From contig JBFIML010000002.1 in the NCBI GenBank assembly GCA_041611735.1, positions 32,001-96,000 on the forward strand: a stretch of 64,000 nt of DNA. Direction: 5' to 3'. The notes under the pieces were generated by a model that saw nothing but the letters and a program-made list of their open reading frames with translations, ran no database searches and was not told where the DNA came from. Source of the DNA: Myxococcota bacterium. GTDB lineage: Bacteria; Myxococcota_A; UBA9160; PR03. Positions 8,739 through 17,453 of this stretch are shown piece by piece; position 1 is the first letter of the stretch; the number at the start of each line of letters is the position of its first letter. The position numbers and the translations under genes are program-made.

Positions 8739-10520
8739 GTGTGCATCCTCCTCCTGGTGGCCGGGCTCCTCGTCCCGGCTTCCGGCGCGGCCCAGCTCCT
8801 GACGGGCGATCTCAACGGCGACGGGGAGGTGGACGCAGCCGACGCCGCGCTGCTCCCGGCCTGGTACGGCGCCGCTCCGGGAGACCCGACCTTCGAGCCG
8901 GCCGCGGACCTGAACGGCGACGGGCGCATCGACTTTCTGGACCTCGGTCTGTTCGGGGCTGGCTTCGGGGCCACCGGCGGGCCCGTGGACACGACGCCCC
9001 CGACCCTGTTCGTGACGCTGAACGACGTCCCCGACGACATGAACGACCTGCTCGTGGTGCCCCCGGAGCGCTTCCAGGTCACCCTGGCACTCGACAGCGC
9101 CGGGGGAAGTGCCCTCGACACGGCCTCCCTCTCGGTGACGAGCGACCAGGCCGCGGGGATCCACCCGGCCGGCGCCGAGCTGGCCGGAGAGTTCACGGTG
9201 ACCCCCACCCGGGCGGCGTGGGAGCTGCCCGCCGGGAGCAACCTGCCCCGCACGTCGCACTTCCTCACGGTGTCGGTACGGGACCTGGCAGGCAACCTGG
9301 CCTCCCGGGTGTACGGCTTCGCGGTGCGCGACTTCGCGGCGGGAGCGCCGCTCGAAAACCTCCAGACCGTCTTCCTGGACTTCGACCAGAACCGCAGCCT
9401 GACCACCGCGGTGGACTTCCTGGAGGACCTGCGCGAGTACGGCCTCTCCGCCGCGGCGGCGCCGACCATCGAGACGCAGATGCGCGACCGGCTCGTCGCC
9501 GAGATCGTCTCCCGCGCGCATCCCTTCTTCGGAGTCAACCCGGACGGGACGCCCGGTCCGGACGCGGCGAACCTGGTGTTCCAGGCCACCCTGCCCGGCG
9601 TCCCGCACTCGCGCCTCTGCGTGGGCGGGCAGTCCTCCCTGGGCGGCTCCTTCCTGGGCTCCTCGACCCTGGACGTGAACAACCTGAACGAGACCTCCGA
9701 CGAGTGCGCGCTCGGTTCCGTGTTCGGGGTGTTCCCCCAGGCGATCGACAACCTGTGGGGCGCCAACGCCGGCTTCCAGGCGACCTTCGGCCCCCTGGAT
9801 CCCGACGCAGGCGGCACGCCGGTGGGCCTCCACCCGCTCGACGCGACGGTCCTGGCCCCCGGCTTCGATCCGGCCGGCGCCCCGTCCGCCCAGCTCGCCC
9901 GCTGGAGCGCGATCGAGAGCGCCGTGGACACCTTCGCCCAGATCGTGGCCACCGCGGTCGCCCACGAGACCGGCCATCTGCTGGGGCTGGTGGCCCACGG
10001 CCCCGCTCCCGGCGGCCTGTGGGGTGGGTCGACCGGCGGCAACAAGGATCACAACGTGACCCCGGGCGGAACGACCCCGGCCCCCAACTGGCTGATGAAC
10101 AGCGGGGGAAGCTTCACCTTCGAGGAGATCACGGCACGCGGGGGGGTCCCCCTCCCGGTGTTCCGCCCCCTCAACTGGGCCTATCTGCGCGATCGGGTCG
10201 TGCTCGACGCCTCGGTGACGGGGCTCTTCCCGGCCCCGACCCTGACCAGCGTGCAGCCCGCCTCGTTCTCCTTCGCGGGCGCGGGCTCCCAGCTCGTGAC
10301 CTTCCAGGGCACGAACTTCCTCGCCACCCCCGGCATCGAGCTGCTGACCGAGGGCGACCCCACGCCCAATCCCGTCCTGAGCGTGGCCTTCGTGAACTCG
10401 CAGACCGTCACCGGAATCGTCTTCTCGTTCCTGGCGCCGCCCGCCCTCTACGACGTCCGGCTGCGCAACCCGGACGGCCAGGAGGTGATCCTGGTGGGCG
10501 GACTCGAGATCCTGCCGTGA
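8739..10520 (+). CDS. Secreted dockerin-domain zinc metalloprotease (dockerin, Ig-like, HExxH, IPT-like)
   Basis: Signal peptide; duplicated GDLNGDGEVDAADA / ADLNGDGRIDFLDL; HETGHLLGLVAH followed by LMN; C-terminal PTLTSVQP...YDVRLRNPDG. Confidence 0.8.
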   Translation: MCILLLVAGLLVPASGAAQLLTGDLNGDGEVDAADAALLPAWYGAAPGDPTFEPAADLNGDGRIDFLDLGLFGAGFGATGGPVDTTPPTLFVTLNDVPDDMNDLLVVPPERFQVTLALDSAGGSALDTASLSVTSDQAAGIHPAGAELAGEFTVTPTRAAWELPAGSNLPRTSHFLTVSVRDLAGNLASRVYGFAVRDFAAGAPLENLQTVFLDFDQNRSLTTAVDFLEDLREYGLSAAAAPTIETQMRDRLVAEIVSRAHPFFGVNPDGTPGPDAANLVFQATLPGVPHSRLCVGGQSSLGGSFLGSSTLDVNNLNETSDECALGSVFGVFPQAIDNLWGANAGFQATFGPLDPDAGGTPVGLHPLDATVLAPGFDPAGAPSAQLARWSAIESAVDTFAQIVATAVAHETGHLLGLVAHGPAPGGLWGGSTGGNKDHNVTPGGTTPAPNWLMNSGGSFTFEEITARGGVPLPVFRPLNWAYLRDRVVLDASVTGLFPAPTLTSVQPASFSFAGAGSQLVTFQGTNFLATPGIELLTEGDPTPNPVLSVAFVNSQTVTGIVFSFLAPPALYDVRLRNPDGQEVILVGGLEILP

Positions 10521-11014
10521 GGGGGAAGACCCTGGCGCTGGCCCTCGGGGCGCTCGCGCTGCTGGGAAGCCCGTGCGGTGGAGGGCCGGCCGGGCCGAGT
10601 GCCGCCGTGAGCCTGGATCCCTTGTTCGTGACGGTGCAACCGGGCGGCTTCGTGGACCTGGCCGTGCTGATCACCGGTGCGACCCAGCCGGTCCAGGCCT
10701 TCGAGTTCACCGTGGAGGGCGATCCGGGCATCCTGATCCCCTGGCAGGCCCTGCCCCATGCCCAGTACGACGACGACGGGAAGCTTTTCGTGGCGCCGCA
10801 GGTCGATCTCGGGACGGGGCGCATCGAGCGGGTGGTGGACCTCCGTCACGGTGCCGGGGCACCCACCGGCTCGTTCCGGGTGGCGACGCTGCGCTTCTTC
10901 GCCTGGGAGAAGGGGACGACGACGGTGCGCGTGGTGGGAGGCGGGCTCGCCACGGCAAGCGGCCAGCCCTTCGACACGACCCTCTTCTCGGCCACGGTGA
11001 ACGTCGTGCCGTGA
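10517..11014 (+). CDS. Secreted cohesin-like domain protein
   Basis: GTG overlaps the previous stop (GTGA); signal peptide then VSLDP..TVQPG..VDLAVLI...VQAFEFTV..DP.IL...GSFRVATLRF.A...GTTTVRV, a cohesin-type beta-sandwich pattern. Confidence 0.65.
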   Translation: MRGKTLALALGALALLGSPCGGGPAGPSAAVSLDPLFVTVQPGGFVDLAVLITGATQPVQAFEFTVEGDPGILIPWQALPHAQYDDDGKLFVAPQVDLGTGRIERVVDLRHGAGAPTGSFRVATLRFFAWEKGTTTVRVVGGGLATASGQPFDTTLFSATVNVVP

Positions 11015-11029
11015 GCGCGACGGCAGGCG

Positions 11030-12064
11030 TCAGAGATCCCAGAAGAAGTCCTGGTTGGTGAGCTCCCGAGCCTCGGCAAGGGTCTCTCCGCCCGGCGCGC
11101 CCGGGACCGCGGCGCGCAGGCGCGCCACCTGCTGCTCCAGGTCGAGCGTCTCGCGCTCCCAGTAGTCGTCGGTGCCGAAGTGCGGAAAGGTCGATCGGAA
11201 CGGCGCCTCCTCCCAGCGGCTCGCGATCCAGCCTGCGATGCGCAGGAAGCGCAGGGCCCGCAGCGGCTCCACCAGCTCGAGCCAGCGCGCGTCGAAGTCG
11301 TGGAACTGCCGGTACGCGGCCACGAGCCGCTCGCGCTGCCGCGCCCCTTCCGCGTCGCGCCCGGGCACCAGCATCCAGACATCGTGCACCGCCGGCCCCA
11401 CCACGAAGTCGTCGAAGTCCAGGAAGAACCAGCCTTCGCGGCCCCGCAGCAGGTTGCCCGGATGGCAGTCGCCGTGGATGCGGTGGAAGGGGACGCCGCC
11501 GCTGCGATCGGCGTACACCCGGGCGGCCTCCTCCACGGCCGCCCGGTAGGGGCGGGCCCGGGCGGCGGGAAGGAAGCCACCCGCCTCGAGCCGCTCGAGC
11601 GGCTGCAGGAAGAAGCCTTCGGCGCTGAGACGCGGGCGGTTCGGCGCCGCTCGCGTGGCGCCTACCGCATGGACCCGCGCCAGCAGCCGCCCCAGGATTT
11701 CCAGGTCCTGGTCCGAGAACTCTTCCGGCTCCCGCCCGCCCGTGCGCGGCCAGACGCCGAAGAAGACGCCCGCGAGGGCGCCCAGGGTGCCTCCGTCCGG
11801 CAGCCGGAGCGGCGCGCAGACGGGGATCTCGGCATCGCGCAGGTCGAGCAGGAAGCGGTGCTCGTCGAGAAGGGCCTCCCGGCTCCAACGCCCGGGCCGG
11901 TAGAACTTGACCACCACGTGGCGCTCGTCCTCGAGGCGCACGTCGTAGACGCGGTTCTCCAGGAAGCGCAGCGGCGCGCACTGGCCCGTGGGCCGCAGGC
12001 CCGCCGCCTCGACGGCGTCGAGGGCCGCCGCGGGCCCCAGGCGATGGAAGAATCCTTCCCGCAC
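11030..12064 (-). CDS. srkA: Stress-response Ser/Thr kinase, SrkA/YihE/RdoA family
   Basis: ENRVY, VKFYRPGRWS, IHGDCHPGN, LDFDD, WIASRW...FPHFG. Confidence 0.88.
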   Translation of the reverse strand: MREGFFHRLGPAAALDAVEAAGLRPTGQCAPLRFLENRVYDVRLEDERHVVVKFYRPGRWSREALLDEHRFLLDLRDAEIPVCAPLRLPDGGTLGALAGVFFGVWPRTGGREPEEFSDQDLEILGRLLARVHAVGATRAAPNRPRLSAEGFFLQPLERLEAGGFLPAARARPYRAAVEEAARVYADRSGGVPFHRIHGDCHPGNLLRGREGWFFLDFDDFVVGPAVHDVWMLVPGRDAEGARQRERLVAAYRQFHDFDARWLELVEPLRALRFLRIAGWIASRWEEAPFRSTFPHFGTDDYWERETLDLEQQVARLRAAVPGAPGGETLAEARELTNQDFFWDL

Positions 12065-12103
12065 GGACGCCGAGCGTAGCGGAGCCGCATCGGCGGGCCC
12101 GGT

Positions 12104-12132
12104 TTGCTCCGGGAGAACGGTTTGTGTAGGAT
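12104..12132 (+). promoter_or_regulatory. Candidate sigma70 promoter for ecm
   Basis: TTGCTC-N17-TAGGAT. Confidence 0.4.
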
Positions 12133-12157
12133 TCGCGGGGACTTACGGAGGGACCTC

Positions 12158-14137
12158 ATGTCCCCGGCGCAGCGCCATCGCCCCTGGGTGTTCCGCACCT
12201 ACTCCGGGCACACCTCCGCCCGCGCCAGCAACGCGCTCTACTGCAGCAACCTGGCCAAGGGGCAGACGGGCCTGTCCGTGGCCTTCGATCTTCCCACCCA
12301 GACCGGCTACGACTCGGACCATGCCCTCGCCCGAGGCGAGGTGGGCAAGGTGGGCGTCCCCATCTGCCACGTGGAGGACATGCAGACGCTCTTCGAGGGC
12401 ATCCCCCTCGAGCGCATGAACACCTCCATGACCATCAACGCCACGGCGGCCTGGCTGCTGGCGCTCTACGTGGCGGTGGCCGAACGCCAGGGTGCGAAGA
12501 CCAGCGACCTGCAGGGCACCACCCAGAACGACATCATCAAGGAATACCTCTCCCGGGGCACCTACGTGTTCCCCCCCGAGCCCTCCCTGCGGCTGATCAG
12601 CGACATGGTGGCCTACAGCGTGGATGCGATCCCGAACTGGAACCCCATCAACGTCTGCTCCTACCACCTGCAGGAGGCCGGAGCGACACCGGTGCAGGAG
12701 ATCGCCTACGCCATGGCCAATGCGATCGCCGTCCTCGACGCGGTGCGGGCGCGAGGCGACGTGCCCCGGGACGCGATCCCGCGGGTGGTGGGCCGCATCT
12801 CCTTCTTCCTGAATGCCGGGATCCGCTTCGTCGAGGAGACGTGCAAGGTGCGCGCCATGACGGAGCTGTGGGACGAGATCACCCGGGAGCGCTACGGGGT
12901 GGCGGACGCCAAGCTGCGCCGTTTCCGCTACGGCGTGCAGGTGAACAGTCTCGGGCTCACGGAGGCGCAGCCCGAGAACAACGTGATCCGCATCGTGCTC
13001 GAGGCCCTGGGGGTCACCCTCTCCGAGCGCGCGCGCTGCCGCGCCCTCCAGCTGCCGGCCTGGAACGAGGCCCTGGGGCTTCCACGCCCCTGGGACCAGC
13101 AGTGGTCGCTTCGCATCCAGCAGATCCTGGCCTACGAGACGGACCTGCTCGAGTACCCCGACCTCTTCGACGGATCTCCGGTCGTGGAGGCCCGGACCGC
13201 GGAGCTCAAGGAGGCCGCGCGCGAGGAGCTCGAGCGGGTGCTCGCCCTGGGCGGGGCCGTGGCGGCCGTCGAGAACGCCTACATGAAGCAGCGGCTGGTG
13301 GAGTCGCACACGGCTCGGCTGCGGGCGGTGGAGTCCGGCGAGATCCAGGTCGTCGGCGTCAACTGCTGGACCGAGACCGAGCCGTCGCCGCTGCTGGAGG
13401 GCGCGCGCTCGGTCCTCCAGGTGGACGAGTCCGCCGAGCGGGAGCAGGTGGAGCGCCTGCGCGCCTTCCGCAGCCGCCGCAACCCCGGGGAGGTGCGGGC
13501 GGCGTTGCGCAACCTGAGGGACGCGGTGGCGGCCGGCGGCAGCGTGATGCCGCCCTCCATCCGCGCCGCCCACGCTTGTGTCACCACCGGGGAGTGGACC
13601 GACGCGCTGCGGGAGCTGTTCGGGGAATACCGGGCGCCCACGGGGGTGGTGGCCCGGCCGGCCGAGGAGGCGGACGCGCGCATCGCGGCGCTGCGCGCCC
13701 GCACCCGCGAGCTCGGTCGGCGCCTGGGGCGGCCCCCCAAGATGCTGGTGGGAAAGCCGGGCCTCGACGGCCACAGCAATGGCGCCGAGCAGATCGCTGT
13801 GCGCGCGCGGGACGTGGGCATCGAAGTGGTCTACGAGGGGATTCGGCTCACCCCGGACGAAATCGTGCAATCCGCACGCGACGAGGGCGTGCACGTGATC
13901 GGGCTCTCGATCCTGTCCGGCTCCCACGGCGTGCTGGTCCTGGACGTCCTCGATGGCCTGCGCAAGGCGGGCCTGCAGGACGTCCCGGTGGTGGTGGGCG
14001 GCATCATCCCCGAGGACGACGCGGAGCGACTGCGCGCCGCCGGGGTGTGCCGCGTCTACACGCCGAAGGACTTCGACCTGACCCGGATCCTGGAGGAGAT
14101 CGTGGATCTCGTGGGAGGGTCGGCCGCTGAGGCCTGA
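12158..14137 (+). CDS. ecm: Ethylmalonyl-CoA mutase (MeaA/Ecm), B12-dependent
   Basis: PWVFRTYSGH, GLSVAFDLPTQTGYD, YGVQVNSLGLTEAQPENN, LQLPAWNEALGLPRPWDQQWSLR, B12 motif GLDGHSNG; GGAGG RBS. Confidence 0.93.
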   Translation: MSPAQRHRPWVFRTYSGHTSARASNALYCSNLAKGQTGLSVAFDLPTQTGYDSDHALARGEVGKVGVPICHVEDMQTLFEGIPLERMNTSMTINATAAWLLALYVAVAERQGAKTSDLQGTTQNDIIKEYLSRGTYVFPPEPSLRLISDMVAYSVDAIPNWNPINVCSYHLQEAGATPVQEIAYAMANAIAVLDAVRARGDVPRDAIPRVVGRISFFLNAGIRFVEETCKVRAMTELWDEITRERYGVADAKLRRFRYGVQVNSLGLTEAQPENNVIRIVLEALGVTLSERARCRALQLPAWNEALGLPRPWDQQWSLRIQQILAYETDLLEYPDLFDGSPVVEARTAELKEAAREELERVLALGGAVAAVENAYMKQRLVESHTARLRAVESGEIQVVGVNCWTETEPSPLLEGARSVLQVDESAEREQVERLRAFRSRRNPGEVRAALRNLRDAVAAGGSVMPPSIRAAHACVTTGEWTDALRELFGEYRAPTGVVARPAEEADARIAALRARTRELGRRLGRPPKMLVGKPGLDGHSNGAEQIAVRARDVGIEVVYEGIRLTPDEIVQSARDEGVHVIGLSILSGSHGVLVLDVLDGLRKAGLQDVPVVVGGIIPEDDAERLRAAGVCRVYTPKDFDLTRILEEIVDLVGGSAAEA

Positions 14138-15104
14138 CCTGGCCCGGCGCCTCCTGGCCCGGGAACGAGAGGCGGTGGCCGAGGCGCTGAACCTGGTCGA
14201 CGACCGGCGCCCGGAGCGCCGCGAAGCCGCCCTGGTGCTGCTCGACACCGTCGACCGCGAGGGTCCGCGTCCGGGCGCCCACCGCGTGGGTTTGACCGGC
14301 GCGCCCGGGGCGGGCAAGTCGACGCTCCTCGATGCGCTGGTGCGCCTGCTGCGCCGGCGCGGCGAGACGGTGGGGATCGTGGCGGTGGACCCGTCGAGCC
14401 GGGTCTCGGGCGGGGCGCTGCTCGGGGACCGCGTGCGCATGCGCTCCGGCGCGCGCGACCCCGGCGTGTTCGTGCGCTCCATGGCCGCTCGCGAGCGCCT
14501 GGGCGGGATCGCCGACGCCACCCGCGCCGGGGTGACCGTCCTGGCCGCGGTCTTCGACTGGGTCTTCGTGGAGACGGTTGGGGTAGGCCAGTCGGAGACC
14601 GACGTGACCGCGCTGGTGGATACGCTCGTCTTCGTGGCACAGCCCAACTCCGGCGACACGCTCCAGTTCATGAAGGCCGGGGTGCTGGAGCACCCGGACG
14701 TGTTCGTCGTGAACAAGGCGGACGCGGGGCCGGCGGCGGAGCGCACGGCCCACGAGCTCGAGGCGGGGCTCGGCCTGGGGCGGCGCACCACGGGAGGATG
14801 GAACGCCCCGGTGCTGCGCGCCTCGGCCCGGGACGGCCGCGGCATCGATGCCCTGCTGGAGGCCCTCGAGGCGCACCGGCGCCACCTCGAACAGGCGGGC
14901 CGGCTGGAGGAGCGGCGCCGCCGCGGGCGGGACGCCGGGGTGCGCGAGACCCTCGAGCGCCGTTACGGCAGCTACGGGATCGAGCGGGTCGGCGGCCCCG
15001 AGGGCCTGGCGGCGCGAATCGCTGCGGCGCCGCACGCCTCCCCCTACGCCCTGGTGCTCGGCCTCGGTCGGGAGATCGAGGACGCCCTGCGCAAGCCCCA
15101 CTGA
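14127..15104 (+). CDS. meaB: Mutase-associated GTPase chaperone (MeaB/ArgK); start uncertain, 14127 CTG or 14175 GTG
   Basis: TGAPGAGKST, AVDPSS, GGALLGDRVRM, ETVGVGQSE, GDTLQFMKAG, NKAD. Confidence 0.92.
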   Translation: MRPDLARRLLAREREAVAEALNLVDDRRPERREAALVLLDTVDREGPRPGAHRVGLTGAPGAGKSTLLDALVRLLRRRGETVGIVAVDPSSRVSGGALLGDRVRMRSGARDPGVFVRSMAARERLGGIADATRAGVTVLAAVFDWVFVETVGVGQSETDVTALVDTLVFVAQPNSGDTLQFMKAGVLEHPDVFVVNKADAGPAAERTAHELEAGLGLGRRTTGGWNAPVLRASARDGRGIDALLEALEAHRRHLEQAGRLEERRRRGRDAGVRETLERRYGSYGIERVGGPEGLAARIAAAPHASPYALVLGLGREIEDALRKPH

Positions 15105-16255
15105 TGGCCTCGGTCGTGCGCCGGGCGCGGGTGCTCCACATCGCGCGGGAGACCCTCTCCCGTCCGACCGCGCCCTACCGGGAGGGTGCGGTCATCGAGT
15201 GGGTGCGCCGCTTCGTGGCGGGGAGGCGGCATCTGGTGCTGCACGAGGATCCCGACGGGAACCTGTTCGTGCGGCGACGCGGGGTAGCGCGCAGCCGCAC
15301 CCCGCTCGTCCTGGCGGCCCACCTGGACCACCCCGGCTTCCGGGTGCTGCGCTCCCGCCGCGGGCGGAGCGGGGTGCAGATCGAGGCGCTCTTCCTGGGC
15401 GGCGTGCGGCCGGAGTTCTTCCCGGGGGCCGGGGCGCGTTTCTTCGCCGGCCAGCGCCAGATCCGCGCCCGGGTGCTGCGCACGCAGCCCGACCGCCGGA
15501 GCGGCGAGCAGCGCGTCACGCTGCGGGCCCGGGAGCCGGTGCCGGCGGGAGCCTTCGGGATGTGGGACCTGCCTGCCTTCCGGCATGCGCGGCGCCAGCC
15601 GGACCGACTGGAGACGCGCGCCGCCGACGACCTGGCGGGCGTCGCCGCGTGCCTCGCGCTGCTCGACGCAGTGGAGCGGATCGACCCGGCGCGCCGGGTC
15701 GACGGGGTCGGCCTGTTCACCCGGGCCGAGGAGGTGGGCTTCGTGGGCGCCCTGGCCGTGGCGCGGGGTCGGCGGCTTCCACCCGGGGCACGCATCGTCG
15801 CCATCGAGGCCAGCAAGGCCCTGCCCGACGCGCCCCAGGGAGCGGGCCCGATCCTGCGCGTCGGCGACCGCACCAGCATCTTCGACGACGCGCTGACGCG
15901 CTGGATCGCCCGGGTGGGAGCCCGGCTGGCGGGACCGCGCGGGCGCGGCTTCCGCTGGCAGCGGCGCCTGATGGACGGGGGAACCTGCGAGTCGACCGCC
16001 TACCAGCTCTACGGCTACCGTTGCGCCGCCATGTGCCTGCCCCTGGGCAACTACCACAACATGGCACCGAACGGTCGCATCGCGCTGGAGTCGATCCGTC
16101 TCTCGGACCTGGTGGGCCTGGTGCGGTTCTTCGAGGGGCTCGTGCGCGACCTGGCCCGGGCGCCTGGCACGGCCCGGGAGGATCCGCTGCGTGCCCGGCT
16201 CGAGCGACGCTTCCGCCGCGCGCGCCGGGAGCTGGCCCGTGACCCCTTCGCCTGA
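15104..16255 (+). CDS. M20/M28/M42-type co-catalytic metallopeptidase/hydrolase
   Basis: AHLDH, ADDLAG, AEEVG, GGTCE, YHN; TGATG coupling to meaB. Confidence 0.75.
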   Translation: MASVVRRARVLHIARETLSRPTAPYREGAVIEWVRRFVAGRRHLVLHEDPDGNLFVRRRGVARSRTPLVLAAHLDHPGFRVLRSRRGRSGVQIEALFLGGVRPEFFPGAGARFFAGQRQIRARVLRTQPDRRSGEQRVTLRAREPVPAGAFGMWDLPAFRHARRQPDRLETRAADDLAGVAACLALLDAVERIDPARRVDGVGLFTRAEEVGFVGALAVARGRRLPPGARIVAIEASKALPDAPQGAGPILRVGDRTSIFDDALTRWIARVGARLAGPRGRGFRWQRRLMDGGTCESTAYQLYGYRCAAMCLPLGNYHNMAPNGRIALESIRLSDLVGLVRFFEGLVRDLARAPGTAREDPLRARLERRFRRARRELARDPFA

Positions 16256-16412
16256 GCGGCGCCGCCCGTTGGCCCGGCTGTTGCGGGCCCTGGGCCTCGG
16301 GCTGCTCGGCGCCTTCGTGGTGGGCTTCGCGATCGGCACCTGGCTGCGCTGCGAGCTGGAGACGCCCGTGCGCTACCTGGGCTCGGCGGAGGCCCCGGGG
16401 CCCCGGGGCTAG
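16239..16412 (+). CDS. Small single-TM membrane protein
   Basis: LLRALGLGLLGAFVVGFAIGTWL hydrophobic segment; overlaps the upstream stop. Confidence 0.45.
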   Translation: MTPSPERRRPLARLLRALGLGLLGAFVVGFAIGTWLRCELETPVRYLGSAEAPGPRG

Positions 16413-16963
16413 CCGCGCTGGCCCTCCCACTCCACATCCGGGACGCCGGCGCGCCGGTTCTCGATGCGCGCCATCACGAAGAGCAGATCCGAGAGGCGGT
16501 TCAGATAGCGCAGCGCGGCCGGCTCGAGCGGCTCCACGCGGTGCAGGGCCACGGCGCGCCGCTCCGCCCGCCGGCACACGGTGCGGGCCACGTGGAAGGT
16601 GGCGGCCGCGGGCGTCCCGCCGGGCAGGACGAAGCGACGTAGCGCCGGAAGCTCCTGCTCGAGGACGTCGATGCGCCCCTCGAGGCTCGCCACGTCCGCG
16701 TCGGCCGGTCCGGTCCTGCCGCGCGCAGCGCGGGCGGTGGCGGGAGTGGCCAGGCGCGCGCCGAGGTCGAAGAGCGTGTGCTGGATCGCGTGCGCGAGCT
16801 TGCGCAGATCCTCCTGGGCGGTGGCTGCCGCGCAGACACCGAGTGCCGCGTTGAGCTCGTCGACGCTGCCGTAGGCGTCCACCCGCAGGTGGTCCTTGGA
16901 GACGCGACCGCCCCCGAAGAGGTCCGTCTCGCCGGCGTCGCCCCGCCGCGTGTAGATCTTCAC
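16409..16963 (-). CDS. PduO-type cob(I)alamin adenosyltransferase
   Basis: KIYTRRGDAGET, AYGSVDELNA, FVLPGG, RTVCRRAER, YLNRLSDLLFVMAR. Confidence 0.93.
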   Translation of the reverse strand: MKIYTRRGDAGETDLFGGGRVSKDHLRVDAYGSVDELNAALGVCAAATAQEDLRKLAHAIQHTLFDLGARLATPATARAARGRTGPADADVASLEGRIDVLEQELPALRRFVLPGGTPAAATFHVARTVCRRAERRAVALHRVEPLEPAALRYLNRLSDLLFVMARIENRRAGVPDVEWEGQRG

Positions 16964-16988
16964 GGCGGCGAGTATACCGGCCGGGCGA

Positions 16989-17453
16989 TCAGCGTCCCTC
17001 GAGCTCGCGGTCCACCAGGCGCTCGAGCTCCGGGTCCATGGGCTCGGCCCGGGCCACCGAGGGTGGCGGCGCGGCGCGGGTCTGCCGACGCAGGAACCAG
17101 ACCACGAGGGCACCGCCCGCCACGAGCACCCCGGCCGGGATCACGTAGGCCGCGAGACCGAAGCCACGCGGGTCGGGCGTCTGGCGGACCACTTCGCCGA
17201 AGCGGGCCAGCAGCTGCGCCTCCACCTCCGCGCGGCTCTGGCCGAGTTCCTCCTGGCGCCGGATCCAGTCGCGCAGCTCCGTGGCCTGCGTACTCGGACA
17301 GTCCACCAGGGTGCGTCCGGGACAGAAGGGGCTCATGAGCTCCCGGGAGAGCTCATAGGACCAGCCCGGCTCCTCGGCCCGCAAGCCGTCCGCCGCTCCC
17401 AACAGGAGGCCGAGGGCCAGGGCGGCACCGAGAACGAAACGGGATCGTTTCAC
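16989..17453 (-). CDS. CcmH/NrfF-like cytochrome c biogenesis protein
   Basis: Signal peptide, LMSPFCPGRTLVDCPS, ELRDWIR...LLARFG, C-terminal TM helix. Confidence 0.7.
   Translation of the reverse strand: MKRSRFVLGAALALGLLLGAADGLRAEEPGWSYELSRELMSPFCPGRTLVDCPSTQATELRDWIRRQEELGQSRAEVEAQLLARFGEVVRQTPDPRGFGLAAYVIPAGVLVAGGALVVWFLRRQTRAAPPPSVARAEPMDPELERLVDRELEGR

Noticed and set aside
12064-12158. Cobalamin riboswitch ahead of the B12-dependent mutase
   Set aside because: The intergenic region is too short and shows no B12-box.
12143-14845. Very long ORFs such as 12143-14845(-), 29064-31901(-), 40913-43618(+) and 38934-41441(+)
   Set aside because: Antisense or off-frame shadows of well-supported genes, expected at this GC content; they have no recognisable motifs.
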